The notes under the pieces: generated by a model | Database searches by the model: none | Told to the model about the DNA's origin: nothing | Seen by the model: only the letters and a program-made list of their open reading frames with translations | Assembly (NCBI GenBank): GCA_964528445.1 | Contig: CAZGSL010000001.1 | Span: forward strand, 82,530-114,529 | DNA from: an uncultured Balneolaceae bacterium | GTDB taxonomy: Bacteria; Bacteroidota; Rhodothermia; Balneolales; Balneolaceae | Direction of reading: 5' to 3' | Length of the DNA: 32,000 nucleotides | Made by a program: the position numbers and the translations under genes | Shown: piece after piece, positions 24,137 through 31,562 of the stretch | How the letters are laid out: each line of letters starts with the position of its first letter | How positions within the stretch are numbered: position 1 is the first letter of the stretch

Positions 24137-24763
24137 ATGGATACCAAACAGATAGCCATATATGCGGGAGGGTTCCTGGGATCCTTCCTGGTGTTGCTGG
24201 CCATCATGTATCTGATCTATCCCTATCTGCATCCCGAACAGGCGGAGGAGGTCGCCTCGGAATATTCCGAGCTCTCCGGAAACAGTTTTGAAACCGAGTC
24301 ATACAGCCCGGAGGCGGTGGATGCACTGAATCGGCAGATTACCAATTTGCAGACGACCATTGACTCTCTTAACAGCCGCAACAGCAATTATGAGCAGACC
24401 ATCGATTCGCTGGAAGGCAGGGTCGGGGAGCTGACGACCACGCTCGAAGAGCAAAATACGCGGCAGTCCGGGGTTGCGGAGGCCGCGTCTCCCGGTGAAG
24501 AGGGAGATCCTGTTGATCTGGATGCCGGGGATCCCCGGCAGGTCAGCGAACAGGTTACGGAAGCAAGCAGGGAAGAGCTGGAGGCGATTTCCAAATCGCT
24601 GCTGCGAATGGACGAAGACGCGCTCTCCCCGATTGTCAATTTGCTGGAAGACGAACAGCTCATCAGTCTCTACACCACGGGCAGCAGCCTGCAGCGGGAG
24701 AAGCTACTTCGCGCGCTGGAGCCCGAGAAAGCAGCGGAAATACTAAAAAAGGTCATGTCATGA
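24137..24763 (+). CDS. YlxF/FlbB/MotE-like flagellar operon protein (N-terminal TM, coiled coil, MgtE_N-like C-terminus)
   Basis: TM helix GGFLGSFLVLLAIMYLIY. Coiled coil (LNRQITNLQTTIDSLNSRNSNYEQTIDSLEGRVGELTTTLEE). C-terminal LSPIVNLLEDEQLISLYTT...ALEPEKAAEILKKV resembles the MgtE_N repeat. It occupies the ylxF (Bacillus) / flbB (Borrelia) slot between fliJ and fliK. Confidence 0.6.
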   Translation: MDTKQIAIYAGGFLGSFLVLLAIMYLIYPYLHPEQAEEVASEYSELSGNSFETESYSPEAVDALNRQITNLQTTIDSLNSRNSNYEQTIDSLEGRVGELTTTLEEQNTRQSGVAEAASPGEEGDPVDLDAGDPRQVSEQVTEASREELEAISKSLLRMDEDALSPIVNLLEDEQLISLYTTGSSLQREKLLRALEPEKAAEILKKVMS

Positions 24764-27066
24764 ACCATCTACTATCCAGTTTGGTACAACAGTTGGGCGG
24801 CAAGCAGGCGCTCTCCGCGGGCGATCAGCGTACCGGCGGGAACCCACTCATGCCGGCGTCCTCCGGCGGCGGTGAAGGGGGCGGAGATCCCTTTTTCCAA
24901 ACCTACGTCTCCGTGCTGGGAGCCAATGTGAGCGGCGGCGAAGACGCAGAATCCGGATCCACCGGTTCCGCGAACGGTGGGGGAACTGCCAAAGGGGGAG
25001 AGAAAGTGCTGCCCGGAATGGCACTTGCGGCGCCGGTAACGCTGGAGAACGCACAGGAGGGAAAGGCATCATCGAATACCGATAACGAAGCATCCCAGTC
25101 GTCCGTCCAGGAATCCGGCAAGGTCGGGGAAATCTCCGGCGAGACGGCCGAATCGGGGGAAGCCCGGGAGGGTGGCGAATCTTCTGACGGGGAGAAATCA
25201 ACGGAAGCGAAAGAGGAGGAGACAACTCAGAACGCCGACGGCGAAAACGAAAGTGAGGGTGAAAGCACCGGGAATGAAAAAAAGTCCGCGGACAAGAAAG
25301 ACCAGCGTACGGAAAAACAGGGAACGTCTGCCGAAAACAGACCGACACTGACGTCCGGCGGGGAAACCGAGCGTAGTGCGGAAAGCGGCACGACAAACGG
25401 CACGGGCGGCGCTGCGGAGGGCGGAGAGAAGAGTTCCGCCACCGCCGCCGCGGAAAGCGAGAACAGCGGCGAAACCGCCAAGGACGCTTCGGCACAGACA
25501 TCGGGCAAAAAAGAGGGAGAGACCTCCGCGCGCCCGACGAACGCTTCCGGCCGCCCGACGGAAAACGGTTCCTCTGAGCCGTCCCGGGAGAGCCGGCCGA
25601 CGCAGGCGCTTGAAGAGAATGGGCAGAAACTGTCAGCGGAGGAGAAATCGAATGACGCCGGGGAGAAGAAGGGGGCAGATACCGGCAGCAAGAAGAGCTC
25701 CGGGTCCGAAACCGGTTCCCGGAAGCATTCGGCAGCGGCGTCCGCGCAGAAGTCCGGCGGCAGTGCCGCGACTGCGAGTCAGGCCGCGGCTGCGAGTCAA
25801 TCGGCTCCCGCCGGGTCGGCCGAAGGAACACAAAACAGCGGCCGTGCAGTGTCCGGTACGAACAGCTCCGGAAGCGAGTCCGCCGACAGCGCCAACCGTG
25901 CGTCCGCCGGTAGCAGCGGCAATGGATCCTCCGCCGGAGCCCAGGGCCGGAACGCCTCACGCGGCTCCAGCTCCACCTCGGGATCGGCACAGGCCGCGAA
26001 CACGCAGGCCGACAGCCGGGGCGGCACGGCAAACCCAGGCCGGACGTCCGGCGGTAAAACGGCGCCTGCAGCCCCGCGGCAGGGCGAGGTCCCTGACACA
26101 GGCGGCGGGGAAACCCGAAAACGTCAGCCGATGGAACAAGCAAAGGGATTGGGAGGAGAACGAAGTTCGTCGGGAAAACAGGACCAAAACCGTCCAAACC
26201 GTTCATCCGGCGGGAATTCCACCATCCGGCAGTCCGGTCCTGACCGGGCTCCTGCGGGCAGTCGGCAGGATGGGAAAACGATGGAACTCGATCCCTCCGG
26301 GAGCCGCTCCCGCGCCGTAGAACAGAAGAATCCGAAGGAGAGCGGCTTCTCCGGCATGGCCACCGGGGCCACTGGCACGAATGACACCGGCCGGCCTGAA
26401 CAGCAAAGGGCGGTGGGCTTCCAGCCTTTGAATCGGGTCACGGAAGCGGAGAGGGAGTTCTCTCCCTCGATGAAATCCACACAGGGGGAGCTGAACCGCT
26501 CCTCGCTGGAGATGATGGATACGGAAATGAGCGGAGAGCGGGAATTCGGCGGGAGCGATGACAGCGAAGGCGGTGAGATGAGAAAGCTGGAGGCCCTGAA
26601 CACCTCGCAGCTGCGCAACTCATCCGCCGTGCGCCAGAAATTGAGCATGCATATTGCCCGGGCCGTCCGGCAGGAGATGGTGCAGAGCCGCGGCGGCTCG
26701 GAGGCGCAGTGGCAGCATCACAGGTTTGTGCTGGACGACGGGCAGTCGGTGAATGTCTCCTTCCGACATGCGGAGGGGGCCATCCAGCTGCAGCTGGGAT
26801 CGGGCAGCGCCGAAATGAACAAGTTATTGCAGCAGCACCTGGGAGAGATCAGGGAGCATCTGCAGCAGGAGCTGGACGTGGATGTGAACCTGGAATTCCA
26901 GGACTTTGAAGGGAAACAGTTTGAAGGAGAACAGTCCGACCGGCCGGGAGATCTGACAAGAACGAGTACGCCCCTCGAGGGCGAAAGCGAGGGAGAGCCC
27001 TCTCCGTCGTCCGCCCCGAAGCAAGTACGGTATATGGGATTTAACACCAACGAATGGACAGCTTGA
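24760..27066 (+). CDS. fliK: Flagellar hook-length control protein FliK, unusually long (768 aa) with a very long low-complexity middle region
   Basis: The C-terminal Flg_hook-type domain (HHRFVLDDGQSVNVSFRHAEGAIQLQLGSGSAEMNKLLQQHLGEIREHLQQELDVDVNLEF) and its position before flgD support the call. Most of the rest is S/G/A/E/T/R-rich low complexity. Confidence 0.82.
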   Translation: MNHLLSSLVQQLGGKQALSAGDQRTGGNPLMPASSGGGEGGGDPFFQTYVSVLGANVSGGEDAESGSTGSANGGGTAKGGEKVLPGMALAAPVTLENAQEGKASSNTDNEASQSSVQESGKVGEISGETAESGEAREGGESSDGEKSTEAKEEETTQNADGENESEGESTGNEKKSADKKDQRTEKQGTSAENRPTLTSGGETERSAESGTTNGTGGAAEGGEKSSATAAAESENSGETAKDASAQTSGKKEGETSARPTNASGRPTENGSSEPSRESRPTQALEENGQKLSAEEKSNDAGEKKGADTGSKKSSGSETGSRKHSAAASAQKSGGSAATASQAAAASQSAPAGSAEGTQNSGRAVSGTNSSGSESADSANRASAGSSGNGSSAGAQGRNASRGSSSTSGSAQAANTQADSRGGTANPGRTSGGKTAPAAPRQGEVPDTGGGETRKRQPMEQAKGLGGERSSSGKQDQNRPNRSSGGNSTIRQSGPDRAPAGSRQDGKTMELDPSGSRSRAVEQKNPKESGFSGMATGATGTNDTGRPEQQRAVGFQPLNRVTEAEREFSPSMKSTQGELNRSSLEMMDTEMSGEREFGGSDDSEGGEMRKLEALNTSQLRNSSAVRQKLSMHIARAVRQEMVQSRGGSEAQWQHHRFVLDDGQSVNVSFRHAEGAIQLQLGSGSAEMNKLLQQHLGEIREHLQQELDVDVNLEFQDFEGKQFEGEQSDRPGDLTRTSTPLEGESEGEPSPSSAPKQVRYMGFNTNEWTA

Positions 27067-27070
27067 AACC

Positions 27071-27769
27071 ATGGAAATAACCAACGAGACCCTCGGAGCA
27101 CAGCAATCGCAGGAATCGCAGCAGCAGCAGAACCAGGCGCAGTCCCTGGGCAACAGCAACCTTGGGAAGGAGGATTTCCTCCAGTTGCTGGTGGCCCAGA
27201 TGAAGAACCAGGACCCCATCAACCCGATGGACGGTACCCAGTTCGCGTCACAGCTCGCGGAGTTCAACTCCGTTGAGCAGCTCATAAATCTGAACGACGG
27301 CATGAATCTGCTCGCCGAAAGCCAGCAGATGATGAATACGGGACTCAACAATACGATGGCCGCCTCCCTGGCCGGTAAATCGGTACGGGCGCTGAGCGAC
27401 AAGGTGGCGCTGGAGGCCGGCGGAAACGCGGACCTGCAGTTCAAGCTGAACAATACCGCCACCACCGCGGAGATCGCCATACGCGATTCGGGGGGGAATG
27501 TAGTGCGAACGCAGGAGCTGAGCAATCTGGGCAGCGGCGAGCATACCTGGACCTGGGACGGCCTCTCCGATGCCGGAAATCAAGCGGCGGAGGGGACCTA
27601 CTCGGTGGAAATATCGGCCTCAAACGGCGACAGCGAGGTTGATGCACTGACCTATATCGAGGGACAGGCCGACCGGGTGAGTTACTCGGGCAATGGAGTT
27701 CAGCTGCTGGTGGACGGAATCTTCGTACCCCTGGGCGATGTGGAGCAGATAGGTCTTTCGGAGGAGTAG
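27071..27769 (+). CDS. flgD: Flagellar hook capping/assembly protein FlgD
   Basis: LGKEDFLQLLVAQMKNQDPINPMDGTQFASQLAEFNSVEQLINLN is the FlgD N-terminal signature. It is followed by an FlgD Ig-like domain (GEHTWTWDGLSDAGNQAAEGTYSVEISA). Confidence 0.93.
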   Translation: MEITNETLGAQQSQESQQQQNQAQSLGNSNLGKEDFLQLLVAQMKNQDPINPMDGTQFASQLAEFNSVEQLINLNDGMNLLAESQQMMNTGLNNTMAASLAGKSVRALSDKVALEAGGNADLQFKLNNTATTAEIAIRDSGGNVVRTQELSNLGSGEHTWTWDGLSDAGNQAAEGTYSVEISASNGDSEVDALTYIEGQADRVSYSGNGVQLLVDGIFVPLGDVEQIGLSEE

Positions 27770-27770
27770 C

Positions 27771-28157
27771 ATGGATATTCGCCACATAACAGGCAGAGGT
27801 TCCCCGGAGGGTCCCCGAAAGGCGGGCGCCCCTGGTTCCGGGCCGGATGCCGCCCGGGAAAGCGGTCCTTCGTTCAAGGAGGTCCTGAAGCGGGCAGGCG
27901 GACTGGAGTTTTCGAAGCATGCGCTCGAACGGTTGGAGGATCGGTCCATTTCCCTGGATTCCTCGGATATTGACCGGCTGAGCGAAGCGGTCAACCGGGC
28001 GGCCTCCAAGGGGAGCAGGGACTCGCTCGTACTGGACGGGGAGAAGGCGTTCCTGGTGAACATACCGAACCAGACCGTCGTGACGGCGGTGGATATGATG
28101 GAGCTTCGCGAGAAGGTTTTTACCAATATAGACAGTACGGTTTTAACGAGACGATAA
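27771..28157 (+). CDS. Small flagellar-operon protein between flgD and flgE (resembles the TIGR02530 flagellar operon protein family)
   Basis: 128 aa, starting 1 nt after flgD. The core LEFSKHALERLEDRSISLDSSDIDRLSEAVNRAASKGSRDSLVLDGEKAFLVNIPNQTVVTAVD matches my recollection of the FSKHAxxRLxxRxI family found between flgD and flgE in Firmicutes and Thermotogae. Assigned from memory, not from a search. Confidence 0.55.
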   Translation: MDIRHITGRGSPEGPRKAGAPGSGPDAARESGPSFKEVLKRAGGLEFSKHALERLEDRSISLDSSDIDRLSEAVNRAASKGSRDSLVLDGEKAFLVNIPNQTVVTAVDMMELREKVFTNIDSTVLTRR

Positions 28158-28251
28158 CCAAAAACCAACATGAACCGGGCCGGACCCGCAAGGGAGGCCC
28201 ACCTGGCGGCCAAACGACAGAGGTCGCCACATAATCCAACGGAGGATTACT

Positions 28252-29871
28252 ATGTCACTAATGAAATCACTCAACTCTGGTGTGAGCGGGCTTCGCGCCT
28301 TTCAGACCAAGATGGATGTCATCGGAAACAATATCTCAAACGTCGAAACCACCGGTTTCAAGGCTTCGCGCATCACGTTTACGGAGATGCTGAGCCAGCA
28401 GATCGGCTCGGGGCAGAGTTCGGAGTCCGCTCCGAGCTCTGCTGCCAAAGTCGGACTGGGAACCCGGATCTCCTCGATCGACCGGGACTTCAACCAGGGA
28501 GGCTTGCAGGACACCGGGCGCAAATCGGACCTGGCCATCGAGGGGGACGGCTTCTTCATGGTCGAGGACGGGGAGCAGTCCTACCTGACCCGGGCGGGAA
28601 ATTTCGCCTTTAACAAGGACGGGTTCCTGGTGGACCAGTCCGGGCGGCAGGTGCAGGGATACAACGCGGGTTCCAACGGCGAGGTGCAGGCCAGTGGAAC
28701 CACCGACGGAATCCGGGTGGACTTCGAGAACATATTCAGTCCGCAGGCCACCCAGAACGTCTACATGGCGGGCAACCTGGGCTCGGAAACCAGCACGAAA
28801 CAGGTAGTCCAGGCGCAGTCGGCTTTCACCACCAACACGGGTGAAATCGCCGAGGAGGACACGCTGCTCAACGATCTGGCCCAGACCACTACCAACTTTG
28901 CGGCCGGAGATACCATCGATTTTGAATTCACGCTTAATGATGGGACAAATCAGACGATAACCCATACATATGCAGCCGGCGACACCCTCCAGGATGTCGT
29001 GGATACGATCAACGCGGGACTCGGGGCCGGAGAAGGCTCCGCCAGCCTGGTTGACGGCATGCTGGTGATTCGTTCCGCTCAGGCGGGCGACAGCCAGTTC
29101 AGCCTGGACAACACGGCGATCAACGGAACCGGCGTGATGACCATGCCCGGATTCCAGGTCGTCGAGGAAGGGAACACCGGCAACGTCTCCCTCAGCTCGA
29201 CGGTATACGACGAGCAGGGCAAGGCGCATACGCTGTTGCTGGAATTGACCCAGACCGATGCGAACACGTGGGAATACGAGGCCAGTTTCATGGACGGTGA
29301 GGAGATAACAGCCGGTCAAAACGGCACTCTCACCTTCGACAATACCGGAAACCTGACCAGCGACAATGCGCTGGCGATGGCCTTTGAGCCGGGTGACGGT
29401 GCGAATCCGGTGAACTTTACGCTGAACCTCGGGAATCCGGAGAACGGTTCCAAGGTGACGCAGTTCGCCGGTACAAGTTCGGCCAAGTTCGTCTCACAAG
29501 ATGGATTCGCGCAGGGCAAGCTGATCGATTACAGCATCGACGGTGACGGATATGTCAATGGCATATACGACAACGGCAAAAACATCAAGCTGGCCCAGGT
29601 GGCCGTTGCCGACGTCACCAACTACAACGGCCTGGAAACCCTGGGTGACGGGCTGTACCGAAATACCGTAGCATCCGGCGATGTCAGCATCAACACGGCT
29701 TCGAATCTTTCGGAGACCAAGTTGAATTCTGGCATGCTGGAAGGATCAAATGTCGATCTGGCGCGTGAGTTTACGGACATGATTACTTCGCAGAGGGCCT
29801 ACCAGTCCAATGCACGGGTAATCACGACCGCGGATGAACTTCTCGCTGAAGCCGTAAATCTCAAGCGCTGA
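28252..29871 (+). CDS. flgE: Flagellar hook protein FlgE
   Basis: MSLMKSLNSGVSGLRAFQTKMDVIGNNISNVETTGFK at the N-terminus and DLAREFTDMITSQRAYQSNARVITTADELLAEAVNLKR at the C-terminus are canonical FlgE. Strong SD (GGAGG) upstream. 539 aa implies enlarged central domains. Confidence 0.95.
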   Translation: MSLMKSLNSGVSGLRAFQTKMDVIGNNISNVETTGFKASRITFTEMLSQQIGSGQSSESAPSSAAKVGLGTRISSIDRDFNQGGLQDTGRKSDLAIEGDGFFMVEDGEQSYLTRAGNFAFNKDGFLVDQSGRQVQGYNAGSNGEVQASGTTDGIRVDFENIFSPQATQNVYMAGNLGSETSTKQVVQAQSAFTTNTGEIAEEDTLLNDLAQTTTNFAAGDTIDFEFTLNDGTNQTITHTYAAGDTLQDVVDTINAGLGAGEGSASLVDGMLVIRSAQAGDSQFSLDNTAINGTGVMTMPGFQVVEEGNTGNVSLSSTVYDEQGKAHTLLLELTQTDANTWEYEASFMDGEEITAGQNGTLTFDNTGNLTSDNALAMAFEPGDGANPVNFTLNLGNPENGSKVTQFAGTSSAKFVSQDGFAQGKLIDYSIDGDGYVNGIYDNGKNIKLAQVAVADVTNYNGLETLGDGLYRNTVASGDVSINTASNLSETKLNSGMLEGSNVDLAREFTDMITSQRAYQSNARVITTADELLAEAVNLKR

Positions 29872-29903
29872 TGGCATGAACTGACAACTTAATTCGTCTC
29901 TAC

Positions 29904-29950
29904 GCCCGTGCCGCTCCGCCCGGTCCCAAGCCGGGGGGTGCGGCACGGGC
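29904..29950 (+). other. GC-rich stem-loop immediately downstream of flgE (no U-tract)
   Basis: GCCCGTGCCGC (29904-29914) pairs perfectly with GCGGCACGGGC (29940-29950). An inner CCCGG/CCGGG helix (29919-29923 / 29931-29935) surrounds a 7-nt loop. About 18 bp in total with two mismatches. It is followed by CCCGGAGGCG rather than Us. Confidence 0.8.
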
Positions 29951-29983
29951 CCCGGAGGCGACCATAAAGGATGTACTGCGACT

Positions 29984-30859
29984 GTGGATAAGTCAACTGT
30001 TATAGGATTGGTCGGTGGATTCGCCCTGGTGATCGTAGCTATTGTCACGCAGGGCGATTTTGGTATTTTCTTAAGTTTATCGGCCATCCTGATCGTGGGA
30101 GGGGGCGTTATCAGCTCATCTATCGTCAACTACAGTATCGATGAGGTTAAAAACACCGCCTCCCTCACGCTGGAGTACCTGAAATCCCGGCAGACCGATC
30201 TGCGAACAGATATCGAGCTGATGAACATGTTCGCCCGCAAGGCCCGGAGGGAGGGCCTTCTTCGGCTGGAGGAGGATGTCCACCACGTTAACAACAACTA
30301 TCTGCAGAACGGGCTGCAGCTGGCCATCGACGGCACCGAGAAAAACACGCTGATCACCATCCTGGACGACCAGCTGGAGAGCGCCCGCCGCAACCTGAAC
30401 AAGAGCGTATCCATCCTCTACAGCATGGCCGAATACTCGCCTGCGTTCGGGATGATCGGGACGGTGATCGGCCTGATCCTGATGCTGCAGAACATCCAGG
30501 ACCCCGAGGCGCTGGGAGCAGGCCTGGCCGTGGCGTTGCTGACCACCCTCTACGGCACCGTTTTTGCCAACATGGTATTCATGCCCCTGGCCGGGAAACT
30601 GGAATACCTCGGCGAGAAACAGCTGATTCGCAACGAGATGTTCAAATCGGCCGTTATCTCGATCGTGGACGAGGAGAACCCGCGCCTGATGGAGAACAAG
30701 ATGCTGAACTACGTCTCCCCCTCCCAGCGGGCCGAATACCGGGCCTATTACAACGAGCACAGCTTCAACAAGAAGCGAGAGGAGAAGCTCTACGAACACT
30801 GGATTAACATACAGAACAACTCATGGCAAGATCTTCAGACAGTTCTGGAAACTGGCTAA
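29984..30859 (+). CDS. motA: Flagellar motor stator protein MotA (MotA/TolQ/ExbB channel family)
   Basis: GTG start; it is the first start codon after the in-frame TGA at 29882. MDKSTVIGLVGGFALVIVAIV... matches the MotA N-terminus. C-terminal TM3/TM4 region YSPAFGMIGTVIGLILML...LAVALLTTLYGTVFANMVFMPLAGKL. Confidence 0.9.
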   Translation: MDKSTVIGLVGGFALVIVAIVTQGDFGIFLSLSAILIVGGGVISSSIVNYSIDEVKNTASLTLEYLKSRQTDLRTDIELMNMFARKARREGLLRLEEDVHHVNNNYLQNGLQLAIDGTEKNTLITILDDQLESARRNLNKSVSILYSMAEYSPAFGMIGTVIGLILMLQNIQDPEALGAGLAVALLTTLYGTVFANMVFMPLAGKLEYLGEKQLIRNEMFKSAVISIVDEENPRLMENKMLNYVSPSQRAEYRAYYNEHSFNKKREEKLYEHWINIQNNSWQDLQTVLETG

Positions 30860-31560
30860 TGACATATGCCGACTTTATCACCCTCATGATGATCTTTTTC
30901 ATCGTGCTCTACACCTTTACGCCCGGCGTGGAGCAAAACAAGTTTGAAGCCATTGTGGGAGCGTTTAAGGGGAAACAGGGGGTGCTGAACTACGACGCGG
31001 TATTCAGCAGCGAGATGCCGGACATCGAGATGCAGCGCGCGAAGAACTGGGAGCAGCTTCGCCAGTACATCAGCGAACAGGATCTGAGCGACGCGGTGGA
31101 GCTGGAGATGACGCCCTCCGGGGTGCGCATCATCCTGGGGGAATCGGTCACGTTCGATACCTATTCGGCCGAACTGAAACCTGCCGCCCCGCCCATCCTG
31201 CAGACGATCCTGCAGACCATCGAGGAGTACGAGGCGGAGGAGCTCCGGGAACTGGAGATCCAGGGGCACACCGACAACCGCCCCGTTCGCCCGGGAGCCC
31301 GCCAGTACCAGAGCAACTGGGAACTCGGCGCGGCGCGGGCCACTTCAGTCTTGTCCTTTTTTGTCGATAACAGTTCCATAGATCCCGCTTTGATCAAAGC
31401 CAGCACCTTCAGCCAGTACCGGCCGCGGACCGAGAACGAGACGGTCGAGGGACGGCGGAAAAATCGGCGGGTGGAGATATTTGTCCGGTATCATATTCCG
31501 GAGGAACCGACCTCCCTGCCGGACGGCACACCTGAAGAGCTAACACAAGAATCTGAGTAG
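30823..31560 (+). CDS. motB: Flagellar motor stator protein MotB (OmpA-like peptidoglycan-binding C-terminus)
   Basis: WLMTYADFITLMMIFFIVLY carries the conserved Asp-containing TM/plug region. OmpA-like core: EIQGHTDNRP...SNWELGAARATSVLSFF...NRRVEIFV. Starting at 30823 overlaps motA by 37 nt. An alternative ATG at 30859 overlaps by 1 nt but leaves no cytoplasmic N-terminus. Confidence 0.88.
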   Translation: MARSSDSSGNWLMTYADFITLMMIFFIVLYTFTPGVEQNKFEAIVGAFKGKQGVLNYDAVFSSEMPDIEMQRAKNWEQLRQYISEQDLSDAVELEMTPSGVRIILGESVTFDTYSAELKPAAPPILQTILQTIEEYEAEELRELEIQGHTDNRPVRPGARQYQSNWELGAARATSVLSFFVDNSSIDPALIKASTFSQYRPRTENETVEGRRKNRRVEIFVRYHIPEEPTSLPDGTPEELTQESE

Positions 31561-31562
31561 GA

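Noticed and set aside
24848-26206. 452-aa Arg/Pro/Ser-rich ORF antisense to fliK, and a 314-aa Arg/Pro-rich ORF (25376-26320) in another sense-strand frame.
   Set aside because: They are by-products of the GC-rich low-complexity repeats in fliK. The fliK frame is the one that connects the N-terminus to the conserved Flg_hook C-terminal domain and is translationally coupled to its neighbours.
28211-28234. Possible sigma-28 (FliA) promoter upstream of flgE (CAAA ... GCCACATAA).
   Set aside because: The -10-like element has an extra base relative to GCCGATAA. The -35-like element is CAAA, and the spacer is about 11 nt instead of about 15.
28170-28613. 147-aa ORF starting in the orf128-flgE spacer.
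   Set aside because: It overlaps flgE out of frame for most of its length, and its translation is Arg/Gly-rich without motifs. The flgE frame has canonical N- and C-terminal signatures and a strong SD.
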